DNA of 64,000 bases from an uncultured Collinsella sp. Lineage in GTDB: Bacteria; Actinomycetota; Coriobacteriia; Coriobacteriales; Coriobacteriaceae. This document shows positions 19,857 through 28,980 of the stretch, piece by piece; within the stretch, counting starts at the first letter, position 1, and the number at the start of each line of letters is the position of its first letter. Below the pieces are notes generated by a model that was not told the DNA's origin, searched no databases, and saw only the letters and a program-made list of their open reading frames with translations. A program made the position numbers and the translations under genes. The DNA lies in the NCBI GenBank assembly GCA_902470925.1, contig CABRIF010000001.1, forward strand, positions 5,753 to 69,752. The letters are read 5' to 3'.

Positions 19857-20975
19857 ATGTCCGCAATCGACGAGGTCACCCGTGAGAAATGGATCATGAA
19901 CACCTTCCCCGAGTGGGGAACCTGGCTCAACGAGGATATGGAGGCGGCGCACCCCGCTCCTGGCACGGTTGAGATGTGGTGGCTTGGCTGCACCGGTATC
20001 TACATGAAGACGCCCTCTGACACCGTCATCACCATCGACCTGTGGACCGGCAATGGCAAGCGTGCGCATGGCGACGGTAAGATGAAGGTGGGGCATCAGA
20101 TGGCCAATATGGCGGGCTGCCGTGCCATGCAGCCCAACCTGCGAAACATTCCCTATGTGTTCGATCCCTTTGCGATTCAGCATGTGGACGCCGTGTTGGC
20201 TACCCACTACCATCAGGATCACATGTCTAAAGAGTTTGCGGCCCATGTCATCCAGTCCGGTATGACCACCAGCGACGAGGATGGCAACGAGATTCCCGTG
20301 CCGTTCATCGGTCCACGCAAGTCCGTTGACTTTTGGGTCAAGTGGGGCGTGCCCGAGGAGCGTTGTCGTGTGGTGAAGCCTGGCGACAAGATTAAGGTGG
20401 GCGATATCGAGATCGTCGCAGTGGACTCCTTCGACCGCACCTGCATCACCACCACCGACTCCACCGGCCCCGACCGCGAGGATCTTTGGGGTACGTGCCC
20501 GATGGACATGGATGAGAAGGCCGTCAACTACTTGCTATGCACGCCCGGAGGCAACATCTACCACAGCGGCGACTCGCACTACTCCATCTACTTCGCCAAA
20601 CACGGCAAGGACATCGCCCGTGAGTACGGCGGCGTGGACGTGGCCTTTGGCTCCTACGGTTGCAACCCGATGGGCATGCAGGACAAGATGGAGGCCTCCG
20701 ACATCCTGCGTATGGCCGAGGCGCTGCAGACCAAGGTCGTCATTCCCATCCACTGGGACGTCTGGACCAACTTCGAGGCCGACCTGGGCGAGATCGAGGC
20801 CCTTTACCAGATGCGTCGCGAGCGTCTGGGTTACGAGTTCAAGCCTTACTACTGGAAGGTGGGCGGGCACTACACCTACCCGACGGACGCCGATAAGAAG
20901 TATTACGTCTACAGGCGCGGCTTCGAGGACTGCTTCGAAGAGGAGCCTAACGTGCCGTTCAGGAGCGTGCTGTAG
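19857..20975 (+). CDS. ulaG: L-ascorbate-6-phosphate lactonase
   Basis: TFPEWGTWLNE, MWWLGCTG, THYHQDH, YHSGDSHYS, PIHWD. Confidence 0.95.
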   Translation: MSAIDEVTREKWIMNTFPEWGTWLNEDMEAAHPAPGTVEMWWLGCTGIYMKTPSDTVITIDLWTGNGKRAHGDGKMKVGHQMANMAGCRAMQPNLRNIPYVFDPFAIQHVDAVLATHYHQDHMSKEFAAHVIQSGMTTSDEDGNEIPVPFIGPRKSVDFWVKWGVPEERCRVVKPGDKIKVGDIEIVAVDSFDRTCITTTDSTGPDREDLWGTCPMDMDEKAVNYLLCTPGGNIYHSGDSHYSIYFAKHGKDIAREYGGVDVAFGSYGCNPMGMQDKMEASDILRMAEALQTKVVIPIHWDVWTNFEADLGEIEALYQMRRERLGYEFKPYYWKVGGHYTYPTDADKKYYVYRRGFEDCFEEEPNVPFRSVL

Positions 20976-21213
20976 CGCCCGGGAAATGTGGATGCCCTGG
21001 GTCTTGCGCGTCCCGGAGATTCGGGGCATCTCGCTTTCGCGCGTATCGTGGTCATTTCCGTGCGCGTGTACTGACGCGTTGCGCTCTCGACCTTATTTGT
21101 ATCCGGATAGCCAAGGAGCATGCGCTTCCGGCCAGTTTGACAGCTGGTGTTGGGGCGGTGTGCCGTGTCGTGCGCACGCGGGAAAGCTATCCATTATTGA
21201 GATTGGAACCGTC

Positions 21214-22080
21214 ATGCCTACCTCTCCAAAACCCTACCTGCTCGGTATGTACGAGAAAGCCGTGCCCGTCGAGCTCTCCTGGGTCGAGCGTTTAGAAGCT
21301 GCGCGAATGTGTGGTTTCGATTATGTTGAAATCAGCATCGACGAGTCCGACGCTCGCCTTGCTCGTCTCGTCTGGAGCGCTCAGGAGCGCCGAGATCTGG
21401 TGCGTGCTCAGGAGCAAACCGGGGTGCCCGTTCGCTCGATGTGTCTGTCGGGCCACCGCAAATATCCCTTCGGTGCCACCGACCCCGCAGCTCGCGCGCG
21501 GTCGCTCGAAATCATGCGGCAGGCGCTCGATCTCGCCTGTGATTTGGGGGTTCGCACCGTCCAGCTTGCTGGATATGACGTGTATTACGAGGAAAGCACC
21601 AACCGGACGCGTGCATGGTTTGTTGAGAACCTTGCCCGTGCCGTTGAGATGGCTGCACGCGCTGGCGTGGTGCTTGGGTTCGAGACCATGGAGACCCCCT
21701 TCATGGACACAGTTGAGAAGGCCATGACATACGTAACGCAGATTGGCTCGCCGTATCTGGGTGTGTATCCAGACATTGGCAACCTCACCAATGCATCGTT
21801 CGTCTACGGATCGAGTGTTGCGGGTGATGTTGCAGCGGGCCGCGGTCATATTATCGCCGCCCACTGCAAGGAGACGGTTGCTGGCGCATATCGCGAGATC
21901 CCGTTCGGTACGGGCACGACTGACTACGAGGGGGCGTTGGATGGGCTGGTGGGCCAGGGCGTGCGCCGCTTTGTCGCCGAGATGTGGGACACGGGTTCTT
22001 CGAGTTGGCGTGATGAGGTTGCTGTGGCATCTGCGTTTGTGCGAGGCAAGATCGAGGCCGCATTCGAGCGAGTAGGTTGA
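21214..22080 (+). CDS. ulaE: L-ribulose-5-phosphate 3-epimerase
   Basis: LGMYEKA, EISIDESDARLARL, SMCLSGHRKYP, QLAGYDVYY, YPDIGN. Confidence 0.92.
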   Translation: MPTSPKPYLLGMYEKAVPVELSWVERLEAARMCGFDYVEISIDESDARLARLVWSAQERRDLVRAQEQTGVPVRSMCLSGHRKYPFGATDPAARARSLEIMRQALDLACDLGVRTVQLAGYDVYYEESTNRTRAWFVENLARAVEMAARAGVVLGFETMETPFMDTVEKAMTYVTQIGSPYLGVYPDIGNLTNASFVYGSSVAGDVAAGRGHIIAAHCKETVAGAYREIPFGTGTTDYEGALDGLVGQGVRRFVAEMWDTGSSSWRDEVAVASAFVRGKIEAAFERVG

Positions 22081-22267
22081 CAGCCGTGAGGCGCGACGCA
22101 GGGTAGGGTGCCTCATCCGTGGCGGGTTGGCGGTGTGCAAAGTCCGTGTGGGCTGCGCAGCGTGTCGTGCCGGTGGGAGTGATCGCCGTGATTGGTGCCG
22201 GATTGGGGCGGAGCGATTCTGCGTAAGCGGTGCCCGTGTTGGGTGCCATGAGAGAAAGGAGCGAGCT

Positions 22268-22978
22268 ATGATGCTCAAAGAGCTGCGTGAGCGCGTGTAC
22301 GAAGCCAACATGGATTTGCCGCGTCACGGTCTCGTTGTCTTCACATGGGGCAACGCATCGGAATTTGATCCGATACATGGCCTGTTCGTCATCAAGCCGT
22401 CTGGGGTTGACTATGACGAGTTGTCACCCGAGTCCATGGTGGTGTGCGACCTTGAGGGCAATGTGGTGGAAGGAGAGCTCAACCCGTCGTCGGATACCGC
22501 CACGCACGCCGCCATCTATCGAGTCTGGGGTGAGAAAGTGCGCGGCGTGGTGCACACGCATTCCCCGTGGGCTGTTGCTTGGGCGCAGGCCGGTCGCGAT
22601 GTCCCCGCATACGGCACCACGCATGCTGACTACTTTTATGGGCCGGTGCCCTGTATGAGGGGGCTCACCGAAGCTGAGATCGAGGATGCCTATGAGGCCA
22701 ATACCGGCAAGGTCATCGTGGAAGGTTTGTCTGAACGAGATCTCGATCCGATTTCCGTTCCAGGTGCTCTTGTGCGCAGCCATGGGCCCTTCACTTGGGG
22801 AAAGGACGCATCTGCGGCGGTGTATCACGCGGTTGTGCTCGAGGAAGTGGCCAAAATGGCCGCCCGCACCGAGCAGCTCGCCGTTGATGCAAGCCCCGCT
22901 CCGCAGTACTTGCTCGACAGGCATTACCTGCGCAAGCACGGCCCGGGTGCCTATTACGGGCAGGAAGGTGCACACTAG
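22268..22978 (+). CDS. araD: L-ribulose-5-phosphate 4-epimerase (AraD/UlaF)
   Basis: FTWGNAS, IKPSG, PSSDTATH, HTHS, GTTHADYF, HYLRKHGPGAYYGQ. Confidence 0.95.
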   Translation: MMLKELRERVYEANMDLPRHGLVVFTWGNASEFDPIHGLFVIKPSGVDYDELSPESMVVCDLEGNVVEGELNPSSDTATHAAIYRVWGEKVRGVVHTHSPWAVAWAQAGRDVPAYGTTHADYFYGPVPCMRGLTEAEIEDAYEANTGKVIVEGLSERDLDPISVPGALVRSHGPFTWGKDASAAVYHAVVLEEVAKMAARTEQLAVDASPAPQYLLDRHYLRKHGPGAYYGQEGAH

Positions 22979-23195
22979 TTGTTGTGCGCCAGTGCCGTGG
23001 AGCTGGGCGATAATTCCTGTAGACGGTTTGCTGTGGACATCTGTGGAGTGCACGGGAAGTGTGTGATTGCCATGTGCTGCGCCCATCTGTTATCTGTCAA
23101 TTATGAAGACCTTGCGATGGCGTGCGTATCGGTCCTTGCATTCCCGGTCCATGGTGCGTAATATACTCTCTTGCGCACGAGATGCGCCCAGACAT

Positions 23196-23272
23196 TGCGG
23201 GGTGGAGCAGTCTGGTAGCTCGCCGGGCTCATAACCCGGAGGTCGTAGGTTCAAATCCTGCCCCCGCGACCA
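23196..23272 (+). tRNA. tRNA-Met (CAT), initiator type
   Basis: 77-nt cloverleaf, GGG/CCC anticodon stem, CAT anticodon, TTCAAAT T-loop, encoded CCA; TTGCAT-17-TAATAT promoter upstream. Confidence 0.97.
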
Positions 23273-23278
23273 AAAATC

Positions 23279-23312
23279 AAGCCCTGGCCTGCGAAAACAG
23301 GTCGGGGCTTTT
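23279..23312 (+). terminator. Terminator hairpin after the tRNA
   Basis: aagccctggcctg..caggtcggggctttt. Confidence 0.65.
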
Positions 23313-23383
23313 CTCTTGCATGCTGTCGAAAATCGGCGACGGTAACAGTATCGGTAACGGTATCGCGGGAAAACGGCCGGGTC

Positions 23384-23725
23384 TCATGTCTTCTCCGCGT
23401 GCCTGCGCAACGCGGCCCTCGTCGCCCTCGCCACGTCGAGAATCACCGACAGCTCATAGGGCGAACTCGACTCCAGAAGCTCGGCCACCTCGTCGGATAT
23501 GGCCTCCCTGCCCGCCTTCGACGCCTCGTGCAGCAGCGCGTCAGCGCTCACGGAGAGGGCGTCGGCTATGGCGGCCAGGACGGGCAGGCTCAGCTTCGTG
23601 TTGCCCGTCTCGATGTGGCTCATGTGGGTGACGGATATGCCAACCATCTCCGCGAGGCGCTCCTGGGAGAGGCCACAAGCCTTCCTGTACCTGCGCACAC
23701 GCTGCCCTATGCCGTAGTAGATAGC
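23384..23725 (-). pseudogene. XRE-family HTH regulator, 5' end apparently truncated
   Basis: ..IYYGIGQRVRRYRKACGLSQERLAEMVGIS..HIETG; no ATG or RBS before the YY.IGQR N-terminus (in-frame TAA just upstream); an internal GTG at 23698 is possible. Confidence 0.65.
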
Positions 23726-23740
23726 CGGAGCATCACAGCG

Positions 23741-24175
23741 TTATAGCAGGCGAAATGCTAAGTTCCCGATTGCTTGTCGCTGGGATTCGCGGGGATATCC
23801 TTTGAACTCAGTGTAGTAGCCCAGGGCGTTGTCCTCACGGGGCTTCAAACCGCCTCGTTCGACGGACCGCAGGCCGTCAACATTGCGTACGAGGGCGCTA
23901 TCCGCCCATATCCATTCATGGGAGAGCGGATCTGCCGGGTCATGTTTAACGTTCGGGATATATTTCTTTCCGCATTCGATTTGATAGAACATCAGATCGA
24001 GAGGGCTCTTCATGGTGCCGACAGTTTCCGCGAGCGAAAGAAGCTCCTTCAGCCCGTCAGGGGTGCAATCGAAGGCAGGAAACCAGTCACGGAGTAAGGT
24101 GTAGAGGGCGTAGAGCAGCGTTATTTCCGCGAGCGAAAAGTCATTTGGTATTCGTGTCCCTTTTCTAAATATCAT
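23741..24175 (-). CDS. Hypothetical protein resembling an internal segment of VirD4/TraG coupling proteins
   Basis: LLYAL..LLRDWFP..LLSLAE..SPLDLMF.QIE.GK..NALGYY.EFK; recalled similarity, not searched. Confidence 0.45.
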   Translation of the reverse strand: MIFRKGTRIPNDFSLAEITLLYALYTLLRDWFPAFDCTPDGLKELLSLAETVGTMKSPLDLMFYQIECGKKYIPNVKHDPADPLSHEWIWADSALVRNVDGLRSVERGGLKPREDNALGYYTEFKGYPRESQRQAIGNLAFRLL

Positions 24176-24300
24176 CGCACGAGCATGGCCATTCCACGGC
24201 GTCGTCTTGCCCGATAACCGTCTTGTTTACCTCGGCAATGATCTCGCTGAGGTTCCTGTCATTTCCGCCGTGCATGTGTCATTCCTCGCTTTTTGCTAGG

Positions 24301-24553
24301 TGTTGGGTGCCAAGACGTTGTTTGCATCGTGGTGATGAGAAGTAGGGAGGGTTCTCGCATGCTGTGAGCTGTCTACGCTTACGGAAGAGGAGCACTCCCA
24401 TGGATCAACATCCTAACGCAAGGCCCGTTCCGAGAGGACGGACGCCCCCGGCCTTCATCGAGCGCTATAATCGGAAGCGTCCACACATCGCCTGCGGGGG
24501 CCTGCCGCCCATGTTGCGCGGCGTCGGTGTAAACAATCTATTGGCACATAACA
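24301..24553 (+). mobile_element. Internally deleted IS481-family element (253 bp)
   Basis: TGT..ACA ends; imperfect 25-bp IRs (tgttgggtgccaagacgttgtttgc / gtaaacaatctattggcacataaca); flanks gctagg/tctagg; ORF joins MDQHPNAR to YNRKRPH..VNNLLAHN. Confidence 0.85.
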
Positions 24554-24562
24554 TCTAGGAGG

Positions 24563-25186
24563 GTGGCGCTCGTGGCGCTTGAGAACAAACTCGGCATAGA
24601 GAGCGAAATCGAACTCGCCCGCGAGGAAGAGCGGCTTACAAAAAGGCGCGCCCTTGAGTTGTTCGAGGACGGCCTGCTCGGCACCTTTGAGGTGGGCACG
24701 TTTGCGGGCCTCTCCCAAATCCACCGTTACCTCTTTCAAGATGTTTACGATTTCGCGGGGGAGCGCCGCACCGTCAACATCGCCAAGGGCAACTTCCGGT
24801 TCGCGCCGGTGATGTACCTCTCTGCCGCCCTTGATGCAATTGACGGGATGCCGCGGGGTGCGTTTGACCAGATAATCGAGAAGTACGTGGAGATGAACGT
24901 CGCCCATCCCTTCCGTGAGGGCAACGGTCGGAGCACCCGTATCTGGCTGGACGCGATTCTCAAGAAGGAGCTCGGCATGGTGGTCGATTGGAGCCTCGTG
25001 GACAGGGAGGACTACCTCCTCGCCATGGAGCGCAGCCCGGTACGGGATATCGAAATCAAGGCCCTCCTGAAAGCGGCGCTCACCGATGCCATCTACGACC
25101 GGCAGGTCTACATGAAGGGCATCGACGCGAGCTACCGCTACGAGGGCTACTCCACCTACACGATGGGGGAGCTTGGCGGTGAGTGA
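24563..25186 (+). CDS. fic: Fic-domain protein adenylyltransferase (class III-like)
   Basis: HPFREGNGRSTR catalytic motif; C-terminal SYRYEG inhibitory motif. Confidence 0.92.
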   Translation: MALVALENKLGIESEIELAREEERLTKRRALELFEDGLLGTFEVGTFAGLSQIHRYLFQDVYDFAGERRTVNIAKGNFRFAPVMYLSAALDAIDGMPRGAFDQIIEKYVEMNVAHPFREGNGRSTRIWLDAILKKELGMVVDWSLVDREDYLLAMERSPVRDIEIKALLKAALTDAIYDRQVYMKGIDASYRYEGYSTYTMGELGGE

Positions 25187-25406
25187 ACCGGAGGAGAGCG
25201 GGGCGGAGCGGCGCATTTTCGGCCGCGCCCGCGTGATGGGGGCAATCCACTCCGGCGAGATGGAGGGTACCTACGTCTCCGCAGAGTTCCACGAGGACGC
25301 GGACGAGTACGTGCACGGCGACATCTCCATCGAGGAGCTGATGAGGCGCACCAAGCGCCGCTGGGACTCCAGGCGGAAGCGTCCGGGTGGTGATGACTGC
25401 GAGTGA
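25179..25406 (+). CDS. VbhA-like Fic antitoxin
   Basis: Small helical protein with SGEMEG (S/TxxxEG/N) and Y..G.IS.EE motifs; overlaps the fic stop. Confidence 0.72.
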   Translation: MSEPEESGAERRIFGRARVMGAIHSGEMEGTYVSAEFHEDADEYVHGDISIEELMRRTKRRWDSRRKRPGGDDCE

Positions 25407-25657
25407 TGCCGTGGGTGCCAAATGGGTACCAGCGATAGTCCAACCGGTGAGACCTGGCGACACAGGGAGTCACAAGATGCAACGAGAATCAACCGCTGGC
25501 ACGATTTCTATCATCGAGTGGGAGTGATTTGTCCCTCAAAACGGTTTGCAACGGTCTGGACCAGAAAGCAATACAATCGCAGTTCAAAAAGGGCTTCTTC
25601 GAAGTGTCGGCATAAAGTTGTTGTTGGTCGGGGAGGTCACATGAGCCCGCTGTCGGC

Positions 25658-26083
25658 GTGCCAGCGGCCGGCGAACCTGACGCCGGCGCCCGACCATGGT
25701 GCAAAGTCGCCTCGCTGGAGTGCTCGCACGCCGTTGTCCATATCAACGATTCGATTGAAGATCTGCTCGGGACTCCCCTTTTGCAGGGCGGCGCTCACGA
25801 GGATGCGGATCGCACCGCCGTGCTCTCCTTGGTTGCGTGCCTCGCAGACATATCGCTGAACGGGACGTTTATGGAACGTCTGAAAGCAGGTGCCGACGAT
25901 TTGTCCGATACCGAGGAAGGGCCGGAGCCCGGCACAGACTCAGGGGGATTCGGTGACGGCGCACCTCCTGAGCGGTGGCCTGATCAAATCGAAGTTGAGG
26001 GACAGCGCTTTTACCCGGATATCGAGGCGCAGGAGCTCGGCTCCGCTGTGTATATTGCAGAGCTGATCGCCGGGGCGAGGTGA
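25658..26083 (+). CDS. Hypothetical acidic protein or fragment
   Basis: Plausible coding frame; start uncertain (nearest RBS+ATG at 25641 is in another frame). Confidence 0.35.
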   Translation: MPAAGEPDAGARPWCKVASLECSHAVVHINDSIEDLLGTPLLQGGAHEDADRTAVLSLVACLADISLNGTFMERLKAGADDLSDTEEGPEPGTDSGGFGDGAPPERWPDQIEVEGQRFYPDIEAQELGSAVYIAELIAGAR

Positions 26084-26302
26084 GGCGGGCGTGCGAGCCC
26101 TCCCGATGAATCGCAGCCGGAGCTCCTTGTAGCTCTCGGTGGTCGAGAAGGAGATGGCATTCATCTCGGTGAGCCAGGTCAAGGCGGCTGGGCGTGCCGA
26201 GCATCGCGCGCTTAACCGTCGCCTCGGGGCATAGCTGGATGCGCCCATGGGTAGGCCTGCGCGGGTACAATTGGGCAAGGCGACACGGCAGGGAGGCGCG
26301 CT

Positions 26303-26563
26303 ATGTTCTACAATTGCGCCGAGCTTGAAGATGGGACGCAGGTGGCGTTTTCTAGCGTTCTCGACGGCGGCGAGGTGGAGGTTTCCGTCGAGCGCCCCGT
26401 TGAGCCGGGCTTCGACGCTGCCATGTGCGCGCTTCCGTCGTTCAAGCAGTCGATAATCGAGGGTTTCAACAAGGATGAGATGTCCTACCTTGACTCTTTT
26501 GTTCGCAATAACGCGCAGCTCATTTTGAGGCTGGCGCGGGAGGCGTCGAGGGCGTATGCCTAG
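26303..26563 (+). CDS. Small hypothetical protein
   Basis: RBS GGGAGG, 86 aa; its stop overlaps an ATG (26556) whose frame runs into repeat family B. Confidence 0.7.
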   Translation: MFYNCAELEDGTQVAFSSVLDGGEVEVSVERPVEPGFDAAMCALPSFKQSIIEGFNKDEMSYLDSFVRNNAQLILRLAREASRAYA

Positions 26564-26575
26564 GCTTTTGTTCCC

Positions 26576-26666
26576 GGGTTCGCCCCTCGTCCATTCAGGG
26601 CTGTTTTTCGGCCGCGGATGGACGCACGGCGAACCCGGAATCTGCCGATGGACGTGTGGCGAACCC
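26576..26666. repeat. Repeat family B mini-element (1 left unit, 21-bp core, 2 right units)
   Basis: gggttcg-N6-gtccatt, core cagggctgtttttcggccgcg, then gatggac-N6-cgaaccc twice, 30 bp apart. Confidence 0.85.
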
Positions 26667-27045
26667 TGAACGCGTTGTAGCCTCGGGGCCCCGAGCTCCG
26701 GACTTCCCAGCAGCTGTGCGGACTGCGCGGTGTCCGCGCCCTCACCTCGCGCCCCGCAGGAAGGGCAGCGCGTCATCCCCACCCGCTAAGAAAATAGTTT
26801 CACCATGACACAATTCTGCATCAGCATGCGAAGCGGCGGCTCGACCTGCCGGCGCACACCCCCGCCCAATTCCGGCGCCTTCCGGCGCTTATCCGCCAAC
26901 AACCTGCTCGATCCCGCCTTTGTGTACCGTTTACCGACTTTTTTCGACCGCTCACGGATGGACTCCTTCCGTTAATAGTTAACAACAGCAATTATAACGA
27001 CAACGAAATCACGTACGCGACAATAGCCGCGGGGAGGGAGAAGAC

Positions 27046-27477
27046 ATGCGCTACTTGCTGCTGGTAAGCCACGGCACCTTCGCTGGAGGGCTGCGCAGCG
27101 TGCTCGACATGCTGGGCGGTGGCTCGGATGCGGTGCTGAGCTGCAGTCTTGAAGATGGCATGGGCGCCGATGAGTATGTCGAGCGCCTGGAGGCGGTGCT
27201 CGATGTGCTCACGCCGGACGACGAGGTCGTTGTCCTGGGAGACGTGCTGGGCGGCTCTCCGCTCACCAACGCGGTGAAGGTGCTCGAGGCCCGAGGTCTG
27301 CTGGGCGCCTCCCTGGCGTTTGGCGGCGCAAATCTGCCCATGGCGCTGACGGCCCTGCTGCAGCCAGCGTCCCTGTCGCTGGGCGAGGTTGCCCAGGTGC
27401 TGCTCGATGAGGGCAAAAGCGGCGTGAAGCAGCTTGTGCTGTCGTCCGATCAAGCCGAGGACGACGAGGACATTTAA
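27046..27477 (+). CDS. PTS mannose-family EIIA
   Basis: LLVSHG, DVLGGSP, GANLPM. Confidence 0.92.
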   Translation: MRYLLLVSHGTFAGGLRSVLDMLGGGSDAVLSCSLEDGMGADEYVERLEAVLDVLTPDDEVVVLGDVLGGSPLTNAVKVLEARGLLGASLAFGGANLPMALTALLQPASLSLGEVAQVLLDEGKSGVKQLVLSSDQAEDDEDI

Positions 27478-27539
27478 CGGGTTTGCAGGCTCCGCACGGC
27501 CGGTCCGAGGCCGTGCGGCCAGAAGGAAAGGAACGAGAG

Positions 27540-28031
27540 ATGTCGGTTTCATTTTTGCGTATCGATGACCGTATGATTCACGGGCAGACGTGCACCCGGT
27601 GGTCTTTGGAGTACCCCTGCGATGGCCTTGTCGCCGTAAACGATGCCGCGGCATCCGATCCGGTGCTCAAGCAGGCCTACAAGAGCGCTTCGGAGAAGAA
27701 GACGTTCGTCTGGACCCTCGAGGCCTTCCAGCAGAAGTGCCAGAAGGTGCTCGACAGCAAGGACCGCTACTTCATCATCACCAAGAACCCCCAGGATATG
27801 AAGAAGATCCTGGTCGATATGGGCTTCAAGCCCGGTTTGGACCGCGTGATCGTCGGCCCGTGCAACGACCGCCCCGGTGCCACCAAGCTCGGCAACAACC
27901 AGTCGATTACGCAGGAGGAGGCGCAGGCGCTCGAGGACATCACGAACGCAGGCTATACCGTGGAGTTTGCGCTGCTCAAGGAAAAGTCCATCGGCGAGTG
28001 GCCCAAGTTCCGGGGCAAGTTCGGGTTCTAA
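27540..28031 (+). CDS. PTS mannose/sorbose-family EIIB
   Basis: RIDDRMIHGQ motif. Confidence 0.93.
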   Translation: MSVSFLRIDDRMIHGQTCTRWSLEYPCDGLVAVNDAAASDPVLKQAYKSASEKKTFVWTLEAFQQKCQKVLDSKDRYFIITKNPQDMKKILVDMGFKPGLDRVIVGPCNDRPGATKLGNNQSITQEEAQALEDITNAGYTVEFALLKEKSIGEWPKFRGKFGF

Positions 28032-28126
28032 GTCCGACGCCGCGCGACCCGTGCGCGGCGCGTTCACGCGATTGAGGTCATTGGGCGCATAGGGCGCGCA
28101 ATGCGGAAAAAAGGGAAGGCGGAACT

Positions 28127-28979
28127 ATGGAAATCAATGTGTTCCAAGCGGCGCTCTTCGGCCTGTTTGCCTGTTTGGCATCCATGCCGGGCATGGGCGG
28201 AACGACCATCGGTAACTACACGCTCGGTCGCCCGCTCGTTGCCGGCCTGGTGGTGGGCATCATCATGGGCGACATCACCACGGGCGTCATCGTTGGCGCG
28301 GCAATCCAGGTTGTCTACATCGCGCTGGTGACCCCCCGGTGGAACGGTCTCGGCCGACGTGCGCGCTATCAGCTACATCGGCATCCCGCTGGCGATCTTG
28401 GCCATCAAGGCCCAGGGGCTGGAGCCCGATTCCGAGGCGGCGAAGAGCCTGGCGGTCGCTCTGGGCTCTGCCGTCGGCACGCTGGGTACGGTGCTGTTCT
28501 ACGGCACGTCGACGATTAACCTGGTGTGGCAGGGAATCGGCTGGAAGGCCCTGGAGAAGGGCGAGCTGAAGAAGCTGTACGTGGTGGACATGGTCCTGCC
28601 GTGGATCGGCCACATCCTGTGCTCGTTCATCCCGACGTTCTTGATCACCATGGGCGGCTCCGGCATGGTCGACCTCATGAAGGCGTACCTGCCCATGGAC
28701 GGCATCGCCATGAAGACGCTCTTCACCGTTGGCTCGCTGCTCCCCACCGTCGGTATCGCGATCCTGCTCAAGCAGGTAATCAACAAGCCGGTGGACTTCC
28801 TGACGTTCTTCTTCGGCTTCACGCTCGCCGCCGTCATGGGCTGCAACCTGATCGCCGCGTCGCTCATCGGCGGGTTCTTCGCGGTGATCAACTACAAGAT
28901 CGAGGAGCTCAAGATCGGTGGCCTCGCGGCTGCTCGAATCGGATCCGGTGTGGACGATGACGATGAGGAGGAGATCTAA
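28127..28979 (+). pseudogene. PTS mannose-family EIIC with +1 frameshift
   Basis: N-part (RPLVAGLVVG..ALVTP) and C-part (GGTVSAD..LPTVGIA) are in different frames; C6 run at 28332-28337 where C5 restores TPGG. Confidence 0.88.
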
Positions 28980-28980
28980 G

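Larger units (their letters stand above)
23273..26790. mobile_element. Decayed tRNA-associated genomic island remnant
   Basis: Lower-GC patches, truncated XRE and VirD4-like genes, IS481 derivative, Fic/VbhA, short tandem motifs; no integrase present; right boundary approximate. Confidence 0.65.

Noticed and set aside
20976..21213. ulaD remnant or long N-terminal extension of UlaE
   Set aside because: No decarboxylase motifs; the 522-aa ORF call is an upstream open frame overlapping ulaG.
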